Below, piece by piece: positions 34,595 to 48,399 of a DNA stretch of 64,000 nucleotides. Source of the DNA: Octopus vulgaris (lineage: Eukaryota); assembly GCA_951406725.2 (NCBI GenBank), contig OX597820.1, positions 72,354,001 through 72,418,000 of the forward strand, read 5' to 3'. Below the pieces are notes generated by a model, which had not been told where the DNA came from, searched no databases, and was given only the letters and a program-made list of their open reading frames with translations. Position numbers and translations under genes: made by a program. Positions within the stretch are counted from its first letter, which is position 1; every line of letters begins with the position of its first letter.

Positions 34595-34840
34595 TTAAAT
34601 ATCCTGGTATTATGTCATTCCCAGGTTAAATATTCAACATTCTTGTACTCTGTTATTCACATCTTAAATATTCCATATTCTAGTATTCTGTTATTCTGAT
34701 GTCAAATATTTGATTTTTCAAGTATTCTGTTATTCACACATTAAATATTTGATATTCTAGTATTTTGTTATTCGCATGTTAAATATTTGGGATTCTAAAA
34801 TTTTGCTAGTCACATTAAATATTTGATATTCAAATATTCC
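34595..34840. repeat. Degenerate ~32-bp AT-rich minisatellite
   Basis: Recurrent ttaaatatttgatattctagtattctgttattcaca unit. Confidence 0.7.
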
Positions 34841-35287
34841 TGTTGATTTGTAAAATTAGAGATTGCAAAGTCAAGTAGCAGAAACAGAAATATTTGAAAT
34901 ATTAATGGTCAGTCCCACAGCATGGTACCTTGGGCAAGAGTCTTCTACTATAATCTCGGGCTGACCAAAGCCTTGTGGTAGATGGAAGCTGTCATGTGTG
35001 CATGTGCATGTATATATTTGTGCCTATGTTTGCCTCCCACAACTTCTTGACAACCGGTGTTGGTTTGTTTATATTCCTTGTAACATAGCAGTTAAGCAAA
35101 AGAGACCAACAGAATAAAGAACCAGGCACTCTCTTTTACTTTTTTTACTTGTTTCAGTCTTTGTAAGCCTAGTACTTATTCTAGCGGTCTCTTTTGCAGA
35201 ACCACTAAGTTATGGGGATGTAAACTCACCAGCATCGGTTGTCAAGCAATGTATGGGAGACAAACATAGACACAATTGTGTTACAAT

Positions 35288-35700
35288 GTGTGGTAAGTAG
35301 CATGCTTACCAACCACATGGTTCTGGGTTCAGTCCCACTGCATGTCACCTTGATCAAGTGCCTTCTACTATAGCCTTGGGCCAACCAAAGCCTTGTGAGT
35401 GGATTTGGCAGACGGAAACTGAAAGAAGCCTGTTGTATATATATATGTATGTGTGTATGCATGTGTGTGTATGTATGTGTGTGTGCTTGTGTGTCTATGT
35501 TTGTCCCCCCAACATTGCTTGACAACTGATGCTGGTGTGTTTACCTCCCTGTAACTTATTGGCTCGGTGAAAGAGACTGGTAGAATAAGTACTAGGCTTA
35601 TGAAGAATAAGTCCTAGGGTCGATTTGTATGACTAAAAAGATGGTGCTTCAGCATGGCCGCAGTCAAATTACTAAAACAAATAAAAGCATAAAAGAATAA
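35288..35700 (+). mobile_element. SINE family 1 copy (with an inverted partial copy at 35135-35275)
   Basis: Same head, core and tail as 28558-28940. Confidence 0.75.
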
Positions 35701-36963
35701 ACATAATAAAACAACAATCCTAGTTACTTTCATAGAGTGGAGTTTGTGACACCTTTATACATTCGAGTCTGTTTTCCTTAAATTTCTTTCCTAATTTCAC
35801 GTTTCGCTTCTAATAACCATGATTACTTTCCACCCTATTAAAATGGTGCATGTTTCTAGTTTTATAGTCCAAAGTTCCCTGTCTTTTTTTATAGTTGTGG
35901 TGAGGTTCCCTGCCTCTGATGTTTCATATGATATCTCTTTATTATTGCTATTAAAATTAAATAGCTCCTTAAGCTTCTAGGTTTAGGTTTTCATTTCTAA
36001 CCACAATATTATCCTCTCTTAGTTACATCGGAATTTATGACACACATTCAAATTATGATTCCATACTTTATGAGATAAGAGAAGTGGCTGTGTGATCCTT
36101 GGAATTGCTAGAAATATCAGCTGAATCTCTTCACCCCCATCCCCCCACAAAATCATACTCTTCTGTCTTAAAAATGAAAACTTTGGACAATATAGTCCTA
36201 CATACACTCTGCTTTTAACAAAAGAAAAAAAAGACAGGGGCCAATAATACTGCTAAGATAGTACTGCATGAGAGTCATGGTTGGGACATTTTGATCATAG
36301 GCCTACTTGGTCAGGATCAATTTGGTGCTAAAAAACAACAACATCGTCGTTGTCGTCATCATCATCATCATCGTCATCATCATCATCATCGTCATCATCA
36401 TCATCATCGTCATCATCTATCTTCTCCCTTTACCCTCCTCCTCTTCATTGTCATCACCATCACATTCTCCTCCTCTTCATCATTGTTATCATTATCACCG
36501 TTCTCCATCCTCTTCCCCCACCCATCATCACTACCAACAACATTTTACTATTTGTGTATCCACTGATTGGGCTGATTGTATAAAAGGGATCAAACATATA
36601 ATCTATTGATTATGCCCCCCTTCCACCGGAACTGCATCTTCTTTCCCACTTCAACTCTTCTTTGGTCTTCTGCAATTCGAGAGATATATTTCATATTTCA
36701 CTTGTTTCAGTCATTGGACTGTGGCCATGCTGGAGCACCACCTCAAAAGGTTTTAGTTAAACAGGCTGACTCCAATACTCATTTTTTAAAAGTCTGGTTC
36801 TTAATCTAATGGTCTCTTTTGTTGTACCGCTAAGTTATGGAGATGTAAACAAACCAGCACCTGCTGTTAAGGGATGGTGGGGGTACAAACCCAAACCAAT
36901 CCCCCCACACACATACACACACAAACATGCACAAATAAAAACACACTCATAAACACACAAACG

Positions 36964-37001
<38 letters not shown>

Positions 37002-38302
37002 AATACACACACAAACATACATACACATCCAGCAAGTTTCCATCTGTTAAATTCACTCACATGGCATCGCTCAGCTGGGGCTATAGTAAAAGATACTTGC
37101 CCAAGGTGCCACACTGTGGGACTGAACCTAGAACTATGGTTGCACAAAACTATCTCTTTTAACTATACAGGGATTAAGAAGAAAAAGACCTTCTTTCAAA
37201 GTCTGTAGATTAATTCCAGGATATGAAATTGGTGATCTTCCTGCAGAAGCTCCCACAGCCATTTTTACCTAAACTCATTTGGAGCAGCTTCAAAGAACAG
37301 AAGAAACAAAAAAAAGAAAAAAAAAAAAGCTGGGGAGAATTAAGGAATAGCGGAATAGTCCTTCATCAATTCTTACCTTAATATTCAACACATCAAAGCA
37401 AAACTGTTGTCCAATCAGGTCAGGTCACAGAAATCTTTAAAAACTCTTAACATTAGTTTTGCCCTTTTCACCTCTTCTGTATATAATACCCACAATCCTG
37501 AATACATGTTTTACTTGTTGATGCGGGTATTTGTGGGTATTTATGCTTTGCTAAACTATTAGTCCGTAAACTATAAGCATAATGCATATCTTTCTATTAA
37601 TCTTATAACACCGCGAAGAAGATGATAAATAACACTTATGTTTCATAGTTGAATAGGTGACATCAGGAAGAAGTTCTTCGTTGCAACAAAACATGTTCCA
37701 GCCTCCAATAAATCATGAGAATGTCTGAATTTCTGTAATCAATAAAAATAGGTAAAATTGACTGTGCAATATTTGATATACTCACCTTTATAAGAAGCTG
37801 GCTGGCTATGAATGTGTTAAATGTGTACTAACAAATGATTCCTTCATCATTGTTATGCAAGATAACTTCAACATTTTATAGATAAAAATAAATAAACAGA
37901 TAAATAAAAATGAAAAAAAACCCATTTAATTTAATGACTGGCTTGAGATTCAGTTTGCAAATTATTATTATTATTATTTTTGTTTTTTTTAACCAAATGA
38001 GCTTAAAAATCTATTTAACATAATGCTGAAAGAAAAAAGAAATAAAATACAACATTGGCTAGAAATAATTATTATTAAGAAAAGGGAAAAGAAGAATGGT
38101 GAGCAGAAATTACTAATCACAATATAAAAGCTGGACAAATTAAAGAAAATTAGAATATCAGTTGAATTACATAGAAAATAATGACAAGAATATTTTCCAA
38201 TCTATTTTAGAGGATTTAAAATTATTATTATTATTATTATTATTTTTTTTTTTTTTGTTGTTTCAACAAACTTTTATATAACTCAATCAATAAACTACTT
38301 TC

Positions 38303-38572
38303 AGATGATGATAATGATCGTGGTGGTGGTTGTAGTGGTGGTGTTAGTGGTGACGACAATGATGATGATGACAACGACGAGAATGATGATGGTGATGATG
38401 ATGATCGTGGTGGTGGTAGTGGTAGCGATAATAATGATGATGACAACAACAGCAATCATGATGATGGTAATGATGACAGTGACGACAATGATGATGATGA
38501 TGACGACGATGATGTTGATGAAGACAACGATGCTGACAATGATGATGATGATAATAATGATGATGATGCTGA
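38303..38572. repeat. Degenerate (GAT)n array; similar arrays at 36345-36480 and 39160-39312
   Basis: Direct inspection. Confidence 0.9.
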
Positions 38573-40246
38573 TTTCAAGAATTAGTTTTTGGACAACTTT
38601 ATCTTTTAACAAAGCAAAATTTGAATTTGGTGAGAGAAGGTAGGTTGGCCAGTATATCCATCCACTGCTAGATCTGTTGATATTTTTGAGTCCCCCCCCC
38701 CCGCCCACATACACCGCCCCAAGCCAAAAATTAATGCAAGAAGAATGTGAGAACCATACAGCTGCAGTCACTAAAATCAAAGAACCAACATTGTTGACTA
38801 AATATCATTGCCAAAAATATAACTCACAGGATTGGCATGAGGCCACAAAGACTTCCAGATGTATTCAGTCAATTAAATCAACCTTATCACTTGATTTGGT
38901 ATATATTTATTGGCCTTTAACAAAAACAAAAAACAAAAATGAACTGACCCTGAAGGGTTTTGAACTCAGAATGGAAAGGAACGTAATTGATTCCCCGACC
39001 AACCACTTTATCCCATGGTCTATTGATTTTGTTACTGTATTACCTTAATGTTATTTATAAATATGGCCATCCCATTGAACAGAAATAATTGGATGAAGAT
39101 GTTTTGCTTAATTAGCTTAATATAAAATCTAATCTGTGCTAGCATAGAACATGGGCATTGAATGATGATGATGATGATGATGATGACGATGACGACAACG
39201 ATGCTGCTGCTGCTGTTGATAACAATAATGATGACAATGATGATGGTCACGAAAAGGACGATGGCAGCGGCAGTGGTGGTGGTGGTGGTGGTGGTGGTGA
39301 TGGTGATGATGATAAAGACTTCCATTTCTCTTGGGGATCAATCTATATTCTTGATTTCATAGAAATAGCCAGCATCAAAAATTTCTGTTGCAACTTGAAT
39401 AAACAAACAAATGCGCGCACACACACACACACATACACAACACACACACACACACACACACACAAATACACACACACGCACACAACTATTGAACTAACAG
39501 AAATACCATTTGAGAAGGAAACAGGTGTCATTATATTTTTTTCGAGGGGCAAAAAAATCAATAAGCGAACATCCATGAACAAGAAGTTTCCCTGATTAAA
39601 CCGTGTAAGATAACACAGAATCATCCAGGGATAAAGCTGAGCAAAGAAAACAGGAAAATAAACCACTGGAAAATTCTTGGTTTTGATTAAATACCAAACT
39701 TTGAGCTTAACTACTCACATTATTTAATAAACCCTTTAAAATTATCGTTAAAAATCCAAAAATAGAATCACTTTTTGACACCAATCGTAGAGCTGAACCA
39801 AACGTTGTTAAAAATCTTAAGAATCACAAATTATATTTAGGTGTCTATCAACTATGCATAAAACTTTTACATCAATAATCATAAGAGATTAAATGAACGT
39901 CTACGAGAGAATAACATCATTTGTCAATGAACAATGGAAAAGCATGGAGAAAAAATAAAACAGAACCTATATAACAAAAATGAATTTGCAATAAGGTAGA
40001 ATTCTAGTCTTGATAAACAAAAGCACATCTAATGATCATAGGAAAATAAAATAAAATGTAATCATGACATCAATTAACAACACCCATCCCCAATGAGACA
40101 CACACTCACACACAACATGTTCAAATGTTTCTTCTGCTTATAGTTTCTGGAAACGCTAGTCATAATTAAGGCAAAACATATATAAATGAATACATTATTC
40201 TTACCATATCATGAGGGGAGACAATTCATCTACAAGAATAATAATG

Positions 40247-40300
<54 letters not shown>

Positions 40301-40555
40301 GCAGCAAAAAAAAGGAAAACAAGTTGTAGACAGTAAAGTTTTGAGAGTTAGTAAATATGGTCTTTTGTATGACTGTACAGGGAGAAATAATAGTGTTCTT
40401 AGAATAAAAAGGAAGATGATGTTTACATTTTCGAATACTCAGGGAGAGAAGAAAGGATAAGAATTCACACAGTAGTTGTAGATATTAAAGGATTTTTTCT
40501 TTTTTTTAAAGCTGATCGTCTGTGTGTTCAAAAGCTGTAGGTATGTAAGTTTCCT

Positions 40556-40816
40556 AATTGTCGGAGCCCTGGGAACAGTGAGCAAAATTCTCGAGAAATT
40601 GTTGGAGCCCTAGGAACAGTGAGCAAAAATCTTGAGAAGTACATGGAACAAATAGGGGCTGCAATAAGGGTGGAGCACTTACAGAAAACAGCACTGCTTG
40701 GAACCACTCGAATACTCCAGAGGGTGCTTGAAAAATAAGAGGTGTTACCTTAGTTCATTGGCAGTGAACAGCTGACACTGTAATACATCTCCAGCATTAG
40801 GAGCTGTGCAAAGGCA
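40556..40816 (+). mobile_element. R4/Dong-like LINE 3' fragment
   Basis: IVGALGTVSKNLEKYMEQIG..EHLQKTALLGTTRIL..VLEK*, followed by (aat)n. Confidence 0.7.
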
Positions 40817-40987
40817 ATAATAATAATAATAATAATAATAATAATCATCATCATCATCATCATCATCGTTTAACGTCCGTTCTCCATGCTAGCATGGGTT
40901 GGACGGTTCGACCGTGGATCTGGGAAGCCAGAAGGCTGCACCAGGCTCCAGTCTTATCTGGCAATAATAATAATAATGATAATAATA

Positions 40988-41034
<47 letters not shown>

Positions 41035-41037
<3 letters not shown>

Positions 41038-41314
41038 GGAACAATAAGAAGAGTGCAACTGTCATCGAATGAACAATATTTCAACACTTCATGTGTCTTC
41101 CACAAGTTCAAAAGAAACATCTCAATCTACTTCATTTTGGTAATATTTAAGGATTGATGTTACTCCTCCAGAAAGTAAAAAAACAATAAGAATAACATGA
41201 CTAGTATCAAATGAAGATTTTGACACTTATTGTGGAAGACACACGACATGTTGAAATATTGCTCATTCGATAACAGTCACACTCTTCTTATTGTTCTTTT
41301 ACCTTTGGGAGAAC

Positions 41315-41363
<49 letters not shown>

Positions 41364-41593
41364 CTTTTCTACTGGAAGCACAAGGCTTCAAATTTGGCGG
41401 AAGGGATTAAGTTGATTACATTGACCCCAGTACGTAACTGGTTCTTAATTTATCGACCCCGCAAGGATGAAAGGCAAAGCCAACCTCAGAAGAATTTGAA
41501 CTCAGAATGTAAAGGTGGATGAAATGACACTAAGCATTTTGCCTGGCATGCTAACAATTCTGCTAGCTTGCCACCTTAATAATAATAATAATA

Positions 41594-41667
<74 letters not shown>

Positions 41668-41912
41668 AAGGATCGAGGTAACTCCTGCTGAAGATATAGA
41701 ATCAAAATTAAAAGAAGAGTGCCATATCTTCAGAAGGAGTTACCCCAATCCTTTCTATATTAACCAAAATGAAGTAGATTGACAAATTTATTTTTTGAAC
41801 CAGGTGAAGACACACGAGATGTCGAAATATCGTTCAATAGATAACAATGGCACTCTTCTTTTAATTTTGACTTTATATCTTCAGAAGGAGTTACCTCAAC
41901 TCTTTCTATATT
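41035..41912. mobile_element. Two related Penelope-like inverted-repeat pairs (41035-41300 and 41662-41912)
   Basis: Inverted aagaagagtg.../...cactcttctt arms. A hammerhead-like motif gaac-CAGGTGAA-gaca..tgtc-GAAA-taTC-gttc is at 41797-41835. Confidence 0.55.
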
Positions 41913-41967
41913 AATAATAATAATAATAATAATGATGAAGATGATGATGATGATGATAATAATAATA

Positions 41968-42628
41968 AAGTGGGGGTAAAATAGAAGCATGATGTGGTAT
42001 GAGCACAAATGGCAGAGACTGCCATGATCAGAGACCTGCAAAATCCTCTGGGATTTCCCAACCCAAACAAATCAGGTGCAAGACCATAACAAACTGGACC
42101 TAGTGGTGGTCAATAAGATGCACCACATGTGCTACATAATTGACATTGCATGCCCCTTTGACCCATGAATAATCAAGAAGGAAGGCAAAAAGATACATAG
42201 ATATATACAATCCTCTTAAGTACAAAATAACCCGGCTATAGAAAATGAAAAAGGTGAAGATAGTGCCAATTATTGTTGGGTCCTTGGGCATCAGAAGGCA
42301 TCAAGAGGAATGTAAAGGAAATTGGATGAGAGTGCCCAATAGAACTGTTACAAAAGGTTTGCCTCCTTGGCATGGCCAGAATAATCAGGTAAGTATTAGA
42401 TAGCTGAAAAGAGCAGACAGCATGGTACCATAGGCTGCAGGCAGCTAGCTCACTATTCACGCAAGACTCCAGGAGTTCCAACAAAACCTAAATTAAAATG
42501 ATAATAATAATAACAACAGACAGGTAGTCATGATTGTTGTATTGGGCTTCATATATTTGTAACTCAGTGTCTCTTTGATGGCCTGTGCTGCCCTCTCATT
42601 CAATAATGATAATAATAACATTATTATT

Positions 42629-42675
<47 letters not shown>

Positions 42676-44058
42676 AGAGGGGGAAGAGGACTGATTGAAT
42701 GTGAACACAGCATTAGAGCAGAAGAAGACAATATAGCATGGTATGTAAAAAATTGCACAGAACCACTATTATTGGAAGTAAGAAGGTCAGGCTTGTGTAG
42801 GATGGAAGATTGCAAAGATAAAGCACTGTACAAGCACTTGAGAATGAATAAAACTAAAAGTAGGTGGATAAAGAAAATAATGCATGGACAATTTCATAGA
42901 GATGTTGAAGATAAGACAGACAGAAAAAAAAAGATGGCTATGGATGACTAAAAATGATTTAAAACAGGAAACAAAGGCTCTAATCTTCGATGCCCAAGAG
43001 CAAGCACTGAAAACGAATTACACCAAATACAAAACAGACATCAGAAAGTGATAATTGCAGAATTTGTGGACAAAATGGTGAAACCGTATGGCATATTACC
43101 AGGCAATGTACACCACTAGCCCAGTATCAATACAAGAGACGTCATGACAATATAGCAAGGCTTGTCCATTGGATACTTTGCAACAAGTATGGACTTAACT
43201 GAGCAAAAAAGTGGTACAAACATAAGCCCAAAGGCATCATCGAAAATGATAATGCAAAGATCATATGGGATTTTATGATTCTGTGCAACCATAAGATAAA
43301 GAATAGGAAACTAGACATAGTTTTAATTGAGAAAGAAAGCTAAATGCTGGATCATTGATATAGAATGCCCAGTTGACAACAAGGTATGCAACAAGGAAGA
43401 AAGAAAAATCGATAAATATGACAGGTTAGCTTGGGAGGTTAAGCAGTTGTGGTCGATGAAAAGGTGGTAGTTGTACCAATAACTGTCAGAGCCCTGGGAA
43501 GAGTGAGTAAAAATCCTGAGAAGTACATGGAACAAATAGGGACTGCAATAAAGGTGGAGCACTTGCAGAAAACAGCACTGCTTGGAACCATTTGAATACT
43601 CCGGATGGTGCTCGAAAAATATGAGGTGTTACCTTAATTCACTGGTAGTGAATAGCTGACACTAGTACATCTCTAGCATTAGAGGCTGTGCAAAGACAAT
43701 AATAATAATAATAGTTATAAGGGGTGTTACCTTAATTCTCTGGTAGTGAACAGCTGACACTGTAGCACATCTCCAGTGTTAGAAGCTGTGCAAAAACAAT
43801 AAATAATAACAATAATGATAATTGGTGTGTTGGGAACAGTAAGCAAAGATATAGAAAAATGGCTAAAGGAAATTAGAATAGAATGCCTGGTAGAGCTCCA
43901 ACAGAAAGTGTGTCTTTTAGGGACAGCATGGATTATCAGAAGGGTTCTAAGCACTTGAAAAACAGCTGAAAACTTGTGGATACCTAAGGTTACAGGTAGA
44001 AACCTGCTGCCCACATAAATCCTACCAGGAATAAGACTGAACCTGAATCGGACCAAAA
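41968..44058 (+). mobile_element. Cluster of R4/Dong-like (restriction-like endonuclease) LINE remnants separated by (AAT)n
   Basis: The copy at 42690-43698 has CRICGQNGETVWHITRQC (CCHC), YKRRHDNIARLVHW, IWDF, IIDIECPVD..KEERKIDKY and LQKTALLGT. Related pieces are at 41968-42495, 43723-43798 and 43818-44058. Confidence 0.8.
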
Positions 44059-44072
44059 TAATAATAATAATG

Positions 44073-44122
<50 letters not shown>

Positions 44123-44809
44123 TATTATTTTTGGCACAAAGCCAATAATTTTTAAGGAAGGAGGCAAGTTGATTACATTGATCTGTCCTTGACTGCTTAT
44201 TTATTTTATTGACCCCAAAAGGGTGAAAAGCAAAGTTGATCATGATGGTAATTGAACTCAGAACATACAAAGCTAAAGGAAATGTCACAGAGCATTCTGT
44301 CCCAATAATTCTGACAGCCCTTTGCCTTGTTTTGCCCAGGCATGGGGTGAAGGGTGATGATGGCTATTGTGGTAGCAGCAAGGGTACTCATGTGGACAGA
44401 TGAGGTGACAGCAGTGGCACTATTTTGAGAACTTGCTGGCTATACATGGTCTTGAAGCATGTACCCAAATCAACAAGTACAAAATGTAAGAGTACAACGA
44501 GGATGACTCTTCCATCACAGCTTTGTCCAGTTGAAAAGACCCAACAATAATAAAAATAATAATGAAGGTGATATTATATTCTTAGAAGACTCTCCACTTA
44601 TTCTGTTTAGAATTAAAAGTTTGCAAGTTCAAGATGGAAGAGATTAAATAGAAAGTCGTTATGGCAACCATTTAATATGATTGAATTAAAGCTTACTGCA
44701 AAAGAGTGATAATCTTCAGGATGAGATATTGCAAATAAAAAGCAGGGAACTGAATTAGAATGTTGAACAATAATGAAAAAGAAAAGAAAAAAAAAACCTG
44801 AAGACAGTG

Positions 44810-44962
44810 TAGGAGTGGCTATGTGGTAAGTAGTTTGCTTACCAGCCACATGGTTCCAGGTTCAGTCCCACTGTGTGGTACCTTGGGCAAGTGTTTTCTA
44901 CTATAGCCTTGGGCCGACCAAAGCCTTGTGAGTGGATTTGGTAGACAGAAACTGAAAGAAGC

Positions 44963-45015
<53 letters not shown>

Positions 45016-45235
45016 GTGTGTATGTTTGTGTGTCTGTGTTTGTCCCCCCCCCACATCACTTGACAACCGATACTAGTGTGTTTATGTCCCCATAACTTAG
45101 CAGTTCAGCAAAAGAGACTGATAGAATAAATATTAGGCTTACAAAGAATAAGTCCTGGGGTCGATTTGCTCGACTAAAGGTGGTGCTCCAGCATGCCCAC
45201 AGTCAAATGACTGAAACAAGTAAAAGAGTAAAAGA
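44810..45235 (+). mobile_element. SINE family 1 full copy
   Basis: Complete head, core, microsatellite and tail. Further copies: 36695-37165(-), 48760-49190(-), 49915-50372(+), 59364-59700(-), 62625-62925(-). Confidence 0.85.
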
Positions 45236-46081
45236 GAGAGTAAGGAAGGAAGTTTGTATATCAACATATGGTTAAATGTTGAACATACGGTAGAATGACT
45301 TTTAGAATTGTAATTGCTTGTTGAACGACTTGGATTTTAGAACCAAGTGTTGAAAGCAGAATGTGGCTGTGTGGTTAAGAAGGTTGCTATGTGACTACGA
45401 TTTTAGGTTCAGCCCCACTGTGCAGCGCCTTGGGTAAGTACCTTCCAGTATAGTGCTGGTTCAACCGATGCCTTGTGAGTGAATTTGGTTGATGGAAACT
45501 GAAAGGATACCATCGTGTATATATGTGTTTGTGTGTGTGTGTGTGTGTGTTTGCATTTGGGTTTGTATTTGTCCCCCTCTTCTATCACCTGACAACCAGT
45601 GTTGGTTTGTTCATATCCCCATAGCATAGTGGTTCGGTAAGAGCAACCAATAGAAAAAATGTGTGGTTAAGATGCTTGCTTTGCAAGTACATGGCTTCGG
45701 GTTCAGTCCCACTATGCAGCAACTTGCATGTTTTCTACTTTAGTCTCAGGCTGACCATTGCCATTAGAAACTAAGCCTGTTATATATATATATATGTCCC
45801 ACCCATGCCAGCATGGAAGGTAGATATTAAACGATGATGATGATGATACACCATCATCATCCTCGTTTTTTTTTTATTGCAGCCATGCTGGGGCACTGCT
45901 CAAAGAATTTAGTTGAATAAATAGACCCCAGTCCAGATTTTTAAAAATATGGACTGGGTTCTATTTATTCAACCAAATTCTTCAATGCAGTGCCCCAGCA
46001 TGGCCACAACAAAAAAAAAAAAGACTAAAACAGTTAAATCATAAAACTCATCATGGAAGAGACTCACTCTATTCATTTAAG

Positions 46082-46137
<56 letters not shown>

Positions 46138-46486
46138 TACATTTATTGTTTTGTTTATTTCTTAATATTACTATCGACTCTGAAGTGTCAAAAATGTTCT
46201 GTCTAACACTTCTGTGATGGGAAAATTTGACACTTTTAGTATAAAGATATAGACACATTTACTACTGTTTTGCACAGGGAAAAAGCAAACAAAATATAAA
46301 AAAAAGACTGTGAACAAATGGCTAGGTCTTCATATTGTAACTGAAATAGTAATAAGCTGTGTGTTTAATGTAATAAACTGGCAGATGAGCAAATTAAAGA
46401 GATTATGAAGAGAAAATAAGTAAAACAATTAATGACAACATTTAGAATGAAACATGTGAGTAAAAGCAGATATTGAAAGGTTATAC

Positions 46487-46531
<45 letters not shown>

Positions 46532-46543
46532 CATACACACACA

Positions 46544-46596
<53 letters not shown>

Positions 46597-46806
46597 TATG
46601 ACCAGAAAATGGAAGTCTTCAAAAACTTACAAAGATGCTAGAAGATAACTACAAAAGTTTATATGAACACATAGCAGACATGGCTGTGTGGTTAAGATGC
46701 TTGCTTAGCAATTACATGGCTCTGGGTTCAGTCCCACTATGCAGCAATTTGAGTGTTTTCTACTTTAGTCTCAGGCTGACCATTGCCATGAGAAACTAAG
46801 CCTGTC

Positions 46807-46851
<45 letters not shown>

Positions 46852-46914
46852 CCACCCATGCCAGCATGGAAAACAGACGTTAAACAATGATGAAGATGAT
46901 ATATATATATATAT

Positions 46915-47350
46915 CATCATCATCATCATCGTTTAATGTCTGCCTTCTATGTTGGCATGGGTTGGATGGTTTGATTGAGGTCGGGAAAGCCAGCAGTTGC
47001 ACCAGGCTCCAGTCTGATCTGGCTATGTTTCTACAGCTTAATGCCAACCACTCCGAGAGTGTAGAGGATTCTTTTTACATGCCACTGGCATGGGAGCCAG
47101 TCAGGCGACCCTGGCATCAATCAGGTTCAGACAGTATATTTCACATGCCACCGGCACAGTGCCAGTTAGGGTCCACTGGCATCAGCCATGTTTGGATGAT
47201 ACTTTTTATGTGCCATCAGCATGGGAGCCAGTCAAGCGGCTCTAGCATTGATCACGTTTGGATAGTGCTTTATACGTGCCACTGGTATGGAAGCCTGTCA
47301 GGGAGCACTGGCATCGGTTATATTCGGATGGTGCTTTTTACGTGGCATAC
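46915..47350 (-). mobile_element. RTE 3' UTR fragment; an opposite-orientation copy is at 48050-48360
   Basis: (cat)n-gtttaatgtc...gccaaccactccgagagtgtag and repeated ggtgctttttacgtgcc units. Confidence 0.7.
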
Positions 47351-47664
47351 ATTTTTTTGGTGTGTTTTCTGAAATTATAAACAAGAACATCAGCTCTTGT
47401 CAGATTCATTAGTTCAGGTATTTCTGGTTGCTGTAACACAATCATTTTGAAACACTGGTGTCCCAGAATCCCATGCACTAATGAATAGAAAGTGTTATGG
47501 GCATATAGTCATAATAAACAAGGAGCTCTTTTTCTGTGACGAACACAGCAGCAATTAGCATATTTGTGTTTGAATATGCCCAAAAGCTTTAAGAATAAAT
47601 ATACAAGTTGTTGTCCTGATTCTCCTTGTTCACTGTGCAAATAATGATTGTGTGTGTGTGTGTG

Positions 47665-47858
47665 TACTTTATGGGTTAAGGCTTCTATTGGTTTCGTGTT
47701 AAATTAAGAAATCCTTGAACACTTACCAATGCTATCAGATGGAACATCGGTGCTCATCTCCATCTTGGGACACCAATGTTTTCTATGTGGTACACTTGAT
47801 AATTGTTAAAGGATTTCTCTCTTAACATGAAACCACTAGTAGCCTTAACCCATAAGTA
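47665..47858. repeat. Degenerate fold-back palindrome (~70-bp arms)
   Basis: tactttatgggttaaggct..ggtttcgtgttaa pairs with ttaacatgaaacc..agccttaacccataagta. Confidence 0.7.
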
Positions 47859-48399
47859 AAGAATTTTTATCAAACTCATTACACTCTCATCCAGCCTTAG
47901 AAAATCATGCTAAAACAGACTGGAGTCTGGTGCAGCTTTCCAGCATGCCAGCCCAGTCAAACCATCCAACCCATGCCAGCAAGGACAACACATGTTAAAT
48001 GATGATGATGATTCTCATTGTTTGATATTAATGTGTATGTGTGTGTGTGTATACAGTGGTACATAAAAAAGCACCATTCGAGTGTGGTCGTTGCCAGTTC
48101 TGCCCGACTGGCTCCCGTGCCAGTAGCACATAAAAAGCTCCATTTGAGCATGGGTTATTGCCAGAGTTGCATAACTGGTTCCCATGCTGGTGGCATGTAA
48201 AAAGCACCCACCACACTCTTGGGGTGGTTGGCGTTGGGTAGGGCATCCAGCTGTAGAAACATTGCCAGATCATATTGGAGCCCGGTGCAGGCTTCTGGCT
48301 TGCTAGTCCTCAGTCAAACCATCTAACCTATGCCATCATGGAAAGTGGATGTTAAATGACAACAATGCTGATGATATATATATATATATATATATATGC

